Of a stretch of 64,000 bases of DNA, positions 29,271 to 38,477 are shown piece by piece (the first letter of the stretch is position 1; every line of letters starts with the position of its first letter). The notes under the pieces were generated by a model that worked only from the letters and a program-made list of their open reading frames with translations, did not search any database and was not told where the DNA came from. The DNA is from an uncultured archaeon. Its GTDB lineage: Archaea; Thermoplasmatota; Penumbrarchaeia; JASLWR01. Made by a program: the position numbers and the translations under genes. The stretch spans positions 1-64,000 of the forward strand of contig CAYFHS010000006.1 in the NCBI GenBank assembly GCA_964342815.1. Direction: 5' to 3'.

Positions 29271-32200
29271 ATGGAAATAATTGGCAAAAATCAATTGGCA
29301 TTTATCATAATTTTATCTCTTCTGATAATGCCATTAAATTATGTGATCGTTGAGTCCCATTTCAAAATTGAATCCAAAAAAATCGACAATAATTCATTAA
29401 TTGGAAGGGCCGAGAATTTCTCGTTTACCACAGATATTCCGACTCTTTTTATCGGTGACGCATGGAATTATGTAACTATGCTGAACGTGACAAGCACCTT
29501 GGATGTTCCGGGCCAGCCGATTTCTTTGGATGGAAATATTACTGAGAATATAAATTATTCCGTTGGAAAAATTGTTCGGATCGAGAGAAATGGTACCGAA
29601 ACGCTGTGTTACAGGATCGATTTTTCCGGTTCAAGCATAATGGATGTTTCAGGATTGGACGGAAATGTCCGTGCGGTGATGGATTTTGCTGTAACTGGTA
29701 ATGAGTATTTTAGCGTGGCAGACCTTTCATTGGTAGGAAAAGATACTTTCAGGAACGGAACCTTATCCATCATCTCTCCCTTCGGAAATGACATATCTGG
29801 AGTGAATATTACCTCCAACGAGACATGGAATACACCTCTGGAGGAATACGATTTCCCTCTCTCTTACATGGAGGATTGGAACCAATCGTTTTCCAGATTC
29901 GTACTGTACTCGGGCGATATAATGGGAAATCCCATCGATTCACAGTACACGGAAAATATTCTCTATAACAATTCCTGCACCGGGATAATTTTTACAAATG
30001 TTAAAGCTGGGGCTCTTGATACGTTGGTGGTGGAGGTCGATGACGGAACCCAAATAAAATATTTTTCCCCGGAGGCCCGTGCCGAGCTTAAGACGATCTT
30101 CAATTCAGGTAATTACCTTGATATTCCGGGTCTCCTGGTAGAAATAAAGGAAGGAAAATCAGAATTGAATTCATTTGCTCTCGCTAACGTTGATTATCCA
30201 ATCCATCTCGAGATTCCAGCAGTTGTGATACCTGATTCCACGGTTCTGATCTCGGGGATCATATCGGGGAATCTTACGGGAAATGTCCATATTGAAATTC
30301 CCGGAACCGGAATGTCAATTTCGGCCTTTTTGGAACAGGGCAGTTTTTCCCGCGGTGTAATACTTTACAGGTCCGGCGATAATACTCCAACATATGCGGA
30401 TATCGGTTCCCATGGAGTGGTGGTCTACCATGGAGAGCTCCATGTTCTGGGAGTGGCAACCATAACTCTCGCCGATCCCGAGGTAAGCATATTTTCAGGG
30501 AATTTATCTGCTAAACCTTTCGGCGGAGTGTATGCTGGGGCGGAGGTGAAAATATCGGCTGAGGTGAACAATCCTTCCATAGTACCTCTTGAGAACCTTG
30601 TTCTCAGAATAGAAGACAATGGAAAGGTAGTTTTGCCCGACAGAATAATTTCCATGGCACCGCGCCGCAAAAAGACGATCTTCTGGAACTGGACAATACA
30701 TCATCCGGGTGATCATATATTTACTGTTATACTTGATCCAAACAATGTTTATGCTGAGACGCAGGAAAACAACAACATTGCCGCTATCCATTACAGCGTT
30801 AGCGAAAAACCGATACCAGGATTTACAAATGTCACACCCGCACCAGGCAATTTTACGTTGTACGAAAACGGATTGATGCTCTTCTCGGCTGAAGGTGTGG
30901 ACCCGGACGGTACAATCCCTCTGTTGGAGTGGCACCTGGATGGGGTATTCGTTATTGTAAATAATAATACATTTCAGTATCATCCCGATTTCAATTCCTC
31001 AGGAAATCATACTCTCAGTGTCACGGCCGTGGATGTAGATGAACCAAATAATGTATCCATGAGAACAACGATTGAATGGAATATAGAAGTATTCAACGTG
31101 AATCGGTTTCCTCTTGCTTCCATTAACCCACTTTCGTCCGATTCTCAATACTACGCGGGTGATGTCATAAACTTTTCAGGTAACCGGAGCCGTGACCCTG
31201 ATATCGCCCTGGAAAACATCTCCAAGCAGATGAATTTCACCTGGAATTTCGGAGATGGGAATTCTGCTGATGGAATGGAGGTAAAGCACAGTTTCAGCAA
31301 AGCGGGTATTTATGAAATACGGTTGAATGTCACCGATCCGGAGGGAGCATTTAATTTTACCAAAATATATCTGAATACCACTGAACGGATACCGGATCCG
31401 GGGGAAATCCCCAATGAGACAGGTAATGACACCGATTCGGAACCGAATGATGATTTGGTTATTTCCGAACCATCTATGATTCGCTCTCCTCTTATTTTCG
31501 GACTTTTGTTAATATTGATGCCGGTAATTATTGTCATTATTGTGGTTAAAAAACGAAGGATGATAAAGAAAAAAAATGAAAGTTGGGGTGGAGAAATAGA
31601 TTTACAGCCAAAAGGTCCTGGTGATGTGTCGCAATACGGGAAACCCGTGCTTCGAGAGACGTCATTCGAAGGGCCACTTGTGGAATGTCAGGGTCTGAAG
31701 AAATCCTTCAAGCTTCCCGGCGGTGGGGATTTACCGGTACTGAAGGAGATCGACCTGAAGTTAATGCCGGGGGAGTTCGTGACACTCATGGGTCCCTCCG
31801 GGTCCGGAAAGTCAACTCTTCTAAATGTGATCGGAGCCATGATCCCGTCCAGCGGTGGTGTGGTTAAGGTAAATGGAAAATCCCTTGGCGAAATGGATTA
31901 CGGCGAATTGACCGCTATCCGTCGAAACGATGTTGGTTGGATATTTCAGGATTTCAATCTGATCGAGAACCTCACTGCCCTTGAAAATATTATCATACCA
32001 ATGAACCTGGCTGGAAAGGTGGGTCCTGATGTCGATCTGCGGGCGAAGCAGCTCCTGTCGTTGGTTGGTCTGGGAGATCGGATGGGCCATTTTCCGGATA
32101 CGCTTTCGGGAGGTCAGCAGCAGAGAGTGGCTGCTGCCCGAGCCCTGGTTAACGACCCACCGTTAATCCTGGCCGATGAGCCAACGGGAAACCTTGATTC

Positions 32201-32366
32201 CGCATCGGGTAATGATATCATCGAGTTATTTAAAAGGCTGGCGAGGGAGAAAAAAGGTATTTTAATGGTAACCCATGACATTGAACTGGCCCGGGCGTCC
32301 GACAGGGTCTATATAATCAGGAACGGTAGTCTGGAGGAATCACTTACCCAGGAGGTGGGAGTGTGA
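29271..32366 (+). CDS. Fusion protein: large ectodomain (CARDB/Ig/PKD), TM, LolD/MacB-type ABC ATPase
   Basis: Signal peptide; LDPNNVYAETQENNN (CARDB); WNFGDG (PKD); TM plus KKRR; GPSGSGKST, LSGGQQQRVA, LADEPTGNLD, VTHD. Confidence 0.85.
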   Translation: MEIIGKNQLAFIIILSLLIMPLNYVIVESHFKIESKKIDNNSLIGRAENFSFTTDIPTLFIGDAWNYVTMLNVTSTLDVPGQPISLDGNITENINYSVGKIVRIERNGTETLCYRIDFSGSSIMDVSGLDGNVRAVMDFAVTGNEYFSVADLSLVGKDTFRNGTLSIISPFGNDISGVNITSNETWNTPLEEYDFPLSYMEDWNQSFSRFVLYSGDIMGNPIDSQYTENILYNNSCTGIIFTNVKAGALDTLVVEVDDGTQIKYFSPEARAELKTIFNSGNYLDIPGLLVEIKEGKSELNSFALANVDYPIHLEIPAVVIPDSTVLISGIISGNLTGNVHIEIPGTGMSISAFLEQGSFSRGVILYRSGDNTPTYADIGSHGVVVYHGELHVLGVATITLADPEVSIFSGNLSAKPFGGVYAGAEVKISAEVNNPSIVPLENLVLRIEDNGKVVLPDRIISMAPRRKKTIFWNWTIHHPGDHIFTVILDPNNVYAETQENNNIAAIHYSVSEKPIPGFTNVTPAPGNFTLYENGLMLFSAEGVDPDGTIPLLEWHLDGVFVIVNNNTFQYHPDFNSSGNHTLSVTAVDVDEPNNVSMRTTIEWNIEVFNVNRFPLASINPLSSDSQYYAGDVINFSGNRSRDPDIALENISKQMNFTWNFGDGNSADGMEVKHSFSKAGIYEIRLNVTDPEGAFNFTKIYLNTTERIPDPGEIPNETGNDTDSEPNDDLVISEPSMIRSPLIFGLLLILMPVIIVIIVVKKRRMIKKKNESWGGEIDLQPKGPGDVSQYGKPVLRETSFEGPLVECQGLKKSFKLPGGGDLPVLKEIDLKLMPGEFVTLMGPSGSGKSTLLNVIGAMIPSSGGVVKVNGKSLGEMDYGELTAIRRNDVGWIFQDFNLIENLTALENIIIPMNLAGKVGPDVDLRAKQLLSLVGLGDRMGHFPDTLSGGQQQRVAAARALVNDPPLILADEPTGNLDSASGNDIIELFKRLAREKKGILMVTHDIELARASDRVYIIRNGSLEESLTQEVGV

Positions 32367-35251
32367 AGTTTTCCTTGGCAAATTTTCTCCTCTCCGTTAA
32401 CGAGTCCCTAAACGGAATCATGAGGAACCGACGTCGTTCTATGGCCATGATCAGTGGGATAATACTCGGAACACTTATTATTTCAAGCATTCTTATCTAT
32501 ACGGGAATTCTCCAGGAAGATAATTACCGCTCAATAATTCAGACCACATCCTACGAGGTTTCCTTCACCCTGTCCGATCCGGGTCGGGAAAGCCGGCTCT
32601 GGAACGTAGCAAAGAGCCTGGAGTCGGAGGAACGAATAGAATCCCTGACCGTATTCGGAGGTATTCCGCTTAGCTCTATGTTCGGTGGCGGAGAAGGAAT
32701 GGGCCGCTCGTCCCTGAGGATTTCCATACCGGGCGATGTTAAACTGCTGGACATCGATGATTTTGCCAGGGGGGCGCAGATAACTCCATTATTTGTAAGG
32801 GATAATTTCACTTCCACCTCCATATACGACAAGATGATCGGTTCGAATATCGAGGGCACCTTTGATCTGGATGACGGTGTGAACCGCACAGTTATCCCAC
32901 GGACTACGGCGAATCGTTTGAATCTCGAAGTTGGCGACGTTATTTCCCAGATGAACATAACATTGGTGGAATTGAGAAGAAATGAAGTGACCACCACCGA
33001 GTTCAGCCTTAAAGATATATACGTGAGCGGGATATATGATACGGAACAGGAAGGTTTAGGGGGAATGCTGTCAAACTTTCTGAGGGTCGAGACAATATAT
33101 TTCAACACTGAATTGCTCTATAAATACAACAGCGATCTCGTTCCTATGTTCGAAAAAAAAGGATATTTCTACCTGGCTGCAAAGATAGAACAGGATGAGT
33201 TCACTCTCGAAGATACGGATACGCTGAATCTGGAGATCAATCGTTTGATAAATGATATCACCGATGAATCCGGAGAGGTGGTGACAGGTACGAACAATGT
33301 GGGGAGTTTGCTTACGCCCTTTACCATACTGAATTATTTTTTAATAGTTTTCGATTTTTTGCTGGTTCTCCCCACGGTGGTTCTATCGATCTACCTGCTG
33401 ATATTCGGCCTGGATCTGTCCCTTGAAGAAAGAAGACGTGAGATCGCCATCTTAAAGGTACAGGGGGCCGATAGCAAGCAGATATTCAGAATATTGAGGA
33501 ATGAATCCTTAGTGCTATTCCTGATCGGAGTGATTCTGGGTTATGTACTGGCAATGGTTGGTGCATGGGTGATCAGTTCGTCAGTCGGATTCATGAATTT
33601 CAATCTTGATCCGGCCTCTCTTGCAAATTTCATTGAGTTCGATTTCTGGGCCTTCCTGTTCGGCTTTCTAATTATAGGCTCGGTGGTTTTATTGGCGATC
33701 CGGAAAAAGGGAAAGACCTTCATCGAGCTGGAGGTAACCCAGGCTGTACAGCGAATGGAATGGAAAAAAGCAGGATTCGTAAAGAGGAACAATCTGGATA
33801 TTATTATGCTGACATTCGGTGGTCTCTGCGCGCTGATCACGATTCTGGAGCTGGTTTTCGGGATCACTAGCATATTCGGAATTGAGTTGAGCCTCGGGAC
33901 GGCCTTCGATGTGTTCGTTATAGGTTTTCTTGGTACTATTTTCTTCTGGCTGGGTGGAATGCTCAGCGGGCCCAGGATCGCCAAATGGATATCTATAAAA
34001 CTGGAGGTTGTCTTCCTGAGATTGAGCTATCTCAAGGATGTGGGCAATATTGTAAAGAGCGGTCTAAAAAGGCGGGGTGATGTGGCCCGGTTGGTCGTGA
34101 TAATCGTTTTGACGCTCTCCGTGGCAACACTGGCGGTGGCGCAGGGTTTCACTGACGAGCAGTACAGCATTAGAACATTGGAGTATGAGATCGGCAGTGA
34201 TTATCAACTTGAGTTTTCGATCGAGGAGAATCATACGGCCCTGATAAAGGATATTGAAGGAGTTTCCAGGATAATGGCCTTACCAAGCCTCACAGCGAAA
34301 ATATTGAGCACGGCAACTTCTGTCTATGGTATGGACCCAGCGAACGCCACTTTTGCCGTATGGCACGAAAACAGTTTCGAAGATCTTAGCTACGATGAAG
34401 CTCTTTCCACCCTGGATGCGGACGATGGCATACCCCGGGTGTTTCTTGGTACAGAACTGGCCCTTCATGTGGATGCTAGAGTGGGAGATATAATAAAGTT
34501 AAAGGCCGTAATCGAGAACGATGAAGAGGAGTTGGAGGTCACGGTACCCCTCGAGGTGAAGGTTGCGGTACTATTCGACCATGCTCCCGGTCACATCGGT
34601 TCCAACTCTGTTATATGCACGTACGGTACGATCCACAAACTGAAAGGATTGATGGGAAATTACACTCCTGTGATTAGTGATGAATTGGAGGCAACAAAAT
34701 ATCTTGTAGGTCTCAGCAACGATGCCCGTAGGAAGAATGTAGAGAAGGGTTTCGATCAACTGGAGGGAATTCTCAGCGTACGTGACCTTGAGGATGAGAA
34801 GGGCAATATCGGAAACCAGATGAACTTCGGCATACCGGGTCTTCTTACCATGATGTTCATTACCGCGCTTGCAGCTTCCATCACCAGCGCATTTGCCTTT
34901 TCATCCATCATTATGAAGCGTAGAAAACGGGAATTTGCCGTTCTCCAGACCCTGGGGGCTTCCAGAGGACAGGTTTATAAGACAGCCATTGGAGAGAACG
35001 CCTTATTGATGCTTATATCTGTGGTACTGGGGATTCTCCTGGGGATCGGAGTAAGTTATCAGATGAATGGTTTTTTCGAATTCATCGGTGAAATACTGGG
35101 CCGCGGGGAACTTGACCGTATTGTGTTTATACCCTGGGGGACCGTGTTGATAATCGGTCTGGTGACCCTTGCCGGTATGCTGGTTGCCGTGGCCCTGAGC
35201 GCGAGAAGCGCCGCTCGGCAGGACCTTGCCGTTGCCACGAGGGTGATATAA
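32363..35251 (+). CDS. FtsX/MacB-type ABC permease with two repeats
   Basis: Two ERRREIAILKVQGA / RRKREFAVLQTLGA motifs and large extracellular loops; start overlaps the upstream stop. Confidence 0.9.
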   Translation: MKFSLANFLLSVNESLNGIMRNRRRSMAMISGIILGTLIISSILIYTGILQEDNYRSIIQTTSYEVSFTLSDPGRESRLWNVAKSLESEERIESLTVFGGIPLSSMFGGGEGMGRSSLRISIPGDVKLLDIDDFARGAQITPLFVRDNFTSTSIYDKMIGSNIEGTFDLDDGVNRTVIPRTTANRLNLEVGDVISQMNITLVELRRNEVTTTEFSLKDIYVSGIYDTEQEGLGGMLSNFLRVETIYFNTELLYKYNSDLVPMFEKKGYFYLAAKIEQDEFTLEDTDTLNLEINRLINDITDESGEVVTGTNNVGSLLTPFTILNYFLIVFDFLLVLPTVVLSIYLLIFGLDLSLEERRREIAILKVQGADSKQIFRILRNESLVLFLIGVILGYVLAMVGAWVISSSVGFMNFNLDPASLANFIEFDFWAFLFGFLIIGSVVLLAIRKKGKTFIELEVTQAVQRMEWKKAGFVKRNNLDIIMLTFGGLCALITILELVFGITSIFGIELSLGTAFDVFVIGFLGTIFFWLGGMLSGPRIAKWISIKLEVVFLRLSYLKDVGNIVKSGLKRRGDVARLVVIIVLTLSVATLAVAQGFTDEQYSIRTLEYEIGSDYQLEFSIEENHTALIKDIEGVSRIMALPSLTAKILSTATSVYGMDPANATFAVWHENSFEDLSYDEALSTLDADDGIPRVFLGTELALHVDARVGDIIKLKAVIENDEEELEVTVPLEVKVAVLFDHAPGHIGSNSVICTYGTIHKLKGLMGNYTPVISDELEATKYLVGLSNDARRKNVEKGFDQLEGILSVRDLEDEKGNIGNQMNFGIPGLLTMMFITALAASITSAFAFSSIIMKRRKREFAVLQTLGASRGQVYKTAIGENALLMLISVVLGILLGIGVSYQMNGFFEFIGEILGRGELDRIVFIPWGTVLIIGLVTLAGMLVAVALSARSAARQDLAVATRVI

Positions 35252-36306
35252 TGAAAGGTGACAAGGGCAAGAGGGAAAAGGTGGGAGCTGATCAAGGAAC
35301 CCGTGACAAAACCAAGAAGGACGATATAAAAGTGGAATATCTGGTACGGGCCAAGAACGTTTACAGTCTCTACAAGGGAAAGGAGGGCAGCCCGAACGTG
35401 GTGGCCTTGAGAGGCCTGAACTTCAAGATCAAACCGGGTGAGCTAGTTTCTGTGGTTGGGCCTTCGGGATCTGGTAAATCAACGCTTCTGAGAATTCTGG
35501 GAGGATTACAGGCCCCCTCGGCCGGACACGTGTATTATCACGGGGAAGATATTACGAAACTTTCAGAAATTCAGCTCGTACCTTTCAGGCGCGCCCTAGT
35601 TGGATATGTTTTCCAAGAAGGCAATCTCATACCGACCAAGACTGCACTCCAGAATGTTATACAGACCCTGAGATTCGCTGGCAAATCCATCAGGGAATCG
35701 AGGACCAGAGCCGTGGAGCTGATGGAATTGCTCGGGATAAAAGATAGGATGAACGCGTTGCCCGGTTACCTCAGCGGGGGCGAAAGACAGAGAGTGGCCA
35801 TAGCGAGAGCGCTGGCCAATAACCCGGAGATCATTCTTGCGGATGAACCCACTGGCAACCTGGACTATGCAAATGCCGAGAACGTAATGAAGTTGATCCA
35901 GGATCTGAGGGGGGAATTGAACATGGCTTGCCTGGTAGTTACCCACTCCAAACACGTTTCTTCCTTTACGGATCGATCCGTGGAACTTCGTGACGGGAGA
36001 TTCATCGGGCAGCACGGGGCGGACCTGGACCTAGCGGAGCTGTCCAGTTCCCGGCAGGTATTCATATCACCTGACGGGACGCTGACCTTGCCGCCGGAGG
36101 TAATTCCGGTCATCGACGCCTTCGGAGATCTATGGGATATCAATATGGAAACGGACCCACACGGAAATCCAAAGCTCATCGGGACTCCCGCCAACGGAAT
36201 TCGAAGAGAGGGACCAACCGATCTGATGAGTTGGTGTCCCGTATGTAATGCGGTTATTGACGGGAAAAAGTTCTTCTGTGACTCATGCGGTGCCAAATTG
36301 GATTGA
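35251..36306 (+). CDS. LolD-type ABC ATPase with C-terminal AbrB-like segment and double Zn-ribbon
   Basis: GPSGSGKST, LSGGE, DEPTGNLD; VFISPDGTLTLPPE; CPVC...CDSCG. Confidence 0.9.
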   Translation: MKGDKGKREKVGADQGTRDKTKKDDIKVEYLVRAKNVYSLYKGKEGSPNVVALRGLNFKIKPGELVSVVGPSGSGKSTLLRILGGLQAPSAGHVYYHGEDITKLSEIQLVPFRRALVGYVFQEGNLIPTKTALQNVIQTLRFAGKSIRESRTRAVELMELLGIKDRMNALPGYLSGGERQRVAIARALANNPEIILADEPTGNLDYANAENVMKLIQDLRGELNMACLVVTHSKHVSSFTDRSVELRDGRFIGQHGADLDLAELSSSRQVFISPDGTLTLPPEVIPVIDAFGDLWDINMETDPHGNPKLIGTPANGIRREGPTDLMSWCPVCNAVIDGKKFFCDSCGAKLD

Positions 36307-36318
36307 TAATTGTTGCGA

Positions 36319-36370
36319 ATTTGGGTATGATTTGGGTGTAAATGGGTATCGATTTCGGTAAATTGGTATT
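36319..36370. repeat. Degenerate ~11-bp tandem repeat, 5 units
   Basis: atttgggtatg / atttgggtgta / aatgggtatcg / atttcggta / aattggtatt. Confidence 0.5.
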
Positions 36371-36406
36371 AATTCCCTGACCATATCTATCCTGTCTACT
36401 TGTAAG

Positions 36407-36551
36407 TAAAGGTGACCCATCCTGGCTCCTGTAGGTACACAAGTACCGAAGGAGCAGGAGCATACTAATGCTCTGGAGCCCGTAGATTTCATCTTGAAAT
36501 TGAGGGATCAGGGCAATCTCTGATTGTCCAGAGTGAAACGGGCTCACCAAA
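36407..36551 (+). repeat. Hairpin cluster with two GTAG-stem-GA modules (REP-like)
   Basis: cct-gta-ggtac-acaa-gtacc-ga-agg; gagcat-acta-atgctc; ccc-gta-gatttca-tct-tgaaatt-ga-ggg; gggcaatc-tct-gattgtcc; closed by ggtga-ccc...ggg-c-tcacc. Confidence 0.65.
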
Positions 36552-36581
36552 CTTGTCAAGTTGTGACTTTACTTGACAAGA
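36551..36581. promoter_or_regulatory. Pair of palindromic ACTTGWCAAG boxes 20 bp apart (putative operator)
   Basis: acttgtcaag (36551-60) and acttgacaag (36571-80), about 75 bp upstream of the ATG at 36655. Confidence 0.5.
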
Positions 36582-36654
36582 CGGAGGCTACTGGCCCGGC
36601 TTGAAAGTTTGACATGCCAACAGGTGTGTCTTTACAAGACAGGAGGTATAGAAA

Positions 36655-37374
36655 ATGAATCGAAAAACGATATTAATCGGACTGGGTGTATTGACCCTTT
36701 TGCTGACCGTTGGAATTGCTGCGGCTGGTTTCGACGAGGAAATCGAAGATTTGATGCCTGGAAAAAGGGGCGGAAGAGGTGGTTATTGTGATATGGAAGG
36801 CGGGGAATCCGGACGAACGTACGGAATGAATGGCCCTCGCATGACGGGTGATCTGGACAACGACAGCATAGCCAACTGCGAGGACCCCGACGACGATGGT
36901 GACGGGATAAACGACACCGATGACGAATATCCCCACGACCACGACAATGATGGTATACCAGACCCGAAGGACGACGACGATGACAATGACGGCATACCCG
37001 ATTCGGAGGACGATTCCTATGTCGGGAACTGTCCCGAAGGCGAACGTCCGGGACCCAGAAGACCGCATAAGAGGATGATGGAGCGCCGCAAGGCCTTCAT
37101 GAACGGCGATCTGGATAATGACAGTATTGCCAACTGCGAGGACCCCGACGACGACGGTGACGGGATAAACGACACATCTGACGAGTATCCCCACGACCAC
37201 GATAATGACGGGATTCCCGATTTCAGGGACGACGATGATGACAACGACGGTATTCCCGATGGTGAGGACGACGATTATGTGGGGAACACCCCTGAGATGA
37301 AAGGCCGTAAAGAGATGAGAAAGAACCATCGTAGTGGAGAGGGGAGAGGAGGACGTAAGGGAAGAAGATGTTAA
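36655..37374 (+). CDS. Secreted Asp-rich protein with thrombospondin-type-3-like DxDxDG Ca-binding repeats
   Basis: Signal peptide; two copies of GDLDNDSIANCEDPDDDGDGIND..DEYPHDHDNDGIPD; basic RG-rich spacers. Confidence 0.85.
   Translation: MNRKTILIGLGVLTLLLTVGIAAAGFDEEIEDLMPGKRGGRGGYCDMEGGESGRTYGMNGPRMTGDLDNDSIANCEDPDDDGDGINDTDDEYPHDHDNDGIPDPKDDDDDNDGIPDSEDDSYVGNCPEGERPGPRRPHKRMMERRKAFMNGDLDNDSIANCEDPDDDGDGINDTSDEYPHDHDNDGIPDFRDDDDDNDGIPDGEDDDYVGNTPEMKGRKEMRKNHRSGEGRGGRKGRRC
36847..37287 (+). repeat. Intragenic 183-bp duplication (36847-37029 and 37105-37287)
   Basis: Near-identical 61-aa units with many synonymous differences. Confidence 0.9.
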
Positions 37375-37383
37375 TGACCTGTT

Positions 37384-37419
37384 ATCGGGAAACGGGAATT
37401 TCCGTTTTCCGATTTTTTT
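37384..37419 (+). terminator. Hairpin plus T-tract terminator
   Basis: atcgggaaacgg-gaattt-ccgttttccgat followed by a T run, just after the stop at 37374. Confidence 0.7.
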
Positions 37420-37554
37420 CTAATCCAATATTTATTGTACAATAAACACGATAAGGACTGAGATATTTCAATTTGATCGAAGATTAGGTAACGATTCAAC
37501 GTTTTTTCCCGTCCTGGAGGGCATCCCGAAAGAGAGCCGCGGAGGCGATTAGAA

Positions 37555-38457
37555 ATGAGTAAGAAAACGAATAGCATACTGGTAGCAAGGCAACTCGACA
37601 AGATATTCGAGAAACAGGGGAATCAGGTCAAGGCCCTCAAGGGTGTGAACCTATCAATTAAAAAGGGAGAGTACATTACCCTTCAGGGTCCGTCTGGTTC
37701 GGGGAAGACGACTCTTCTGAATATTCTGGGCTGCCTTGACCGGCCCACTTCCGGGAAGGTCGTAATAGACGGTACGGACGTATCCGAGATGAGCGAAAAA
37801 GAACTGGCGAGTGTAAGGGGGAAGAAGATAGGTTTCGTGTTCCAGGCATTCAATCTCATACCAATCCTCAATGCACTCGAGAACGTGGAGCTTCCCATGG
37901 AACACAATTTGAATCTTACGAAATCCGAAAAACGTGCGAAGGCAAGGGAATTGTTGAAACTCGTGGGCCTTGCCACCAGGGAAAAACACAATCCTGAGGA
38001 GCTGAGCGCCGGAGAGCAGCAGAGAGTTGCCATTGCCCGTGCTCTCTCTAACGACCCGGCCATCATTCTCGCCGACGAGCCCACCGGTAACCTGGATTCC
38101 AAGAAGGGAAAACATATAATGAAATTATTGGGAGAGTTGAACAGAAAACTGGGGACCACCATTGTACTGGTGACTCATGACGATTCAATGGCAAGGTTAA
38201 GCAAAAAGATAGTGAAATTGAAGGATGGCAAGATCCGCAACGTAAGAGACCTTAAAGGCGAAAGAAATTCATTGGACATCTCTGACGAGCTGGAACTGTC
38301 CAAGCACATCGTGGACAAGCTCATTAATGGAGGATACGATACTCTTGCCAAAATATTGAAGCTGAAGGACCGTGATATGAAGACCATTTCAAAGATCACG
38401 AATAAGGATGTGAAGAGGATAAGGAGCAAGATCCGGGCGTACAAGCACGGGATATAG
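37555..38457 (+). CDS. LolD-type ABC ATPase with a C-terminal HhH-like extension
   Basis: GPSGSGKTT, LSAGEQQRV, DEPTGNLD; tail LSKHIVDKLINGGYDTLAKILKL...ISKITNKDVKRI. Confidence 0.9.
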   Translation: MSKKTNSILVARQLDKIFEKQGNQVKALKGVNLSIKKGEYITLQGPSGSGKTTLLNILGCLDRPTSGKVVIDGTDVSEMSEKELASVRGKKIGFVFQAFNLIPILNALENVELPMEHNLNLTKSEKRAKARELLKLVGLATREKHNPEELSAGEQQRVAIARALSNDPAIILADEPTGNLDSKKGKHIMKLLGELNRKLGTTIVLVTHDDSMARLSKKIVKLKDGKIRNVRDLKGERNSLDISDELELSKHIVDKLINGGYDTLAKILKLKDRDMKTISKITNKDVKRIRSKIRAYKHGI

Positions 38458-38477
38458 GGAGACCTGAGGCGTATAAT

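Noticed and set aside
36254-36791. Short ORFs in the 36.3-36.8 kb gap
   Set aside because: No motifs or RBS; they overlap the hairpin cluster or real genes.
36673-37329. 218-aa hydrophobic (V/I-rich) minus-strand ORF
   Set aside because: Antisense artefact of Asp-rich GAC/GAT codons.
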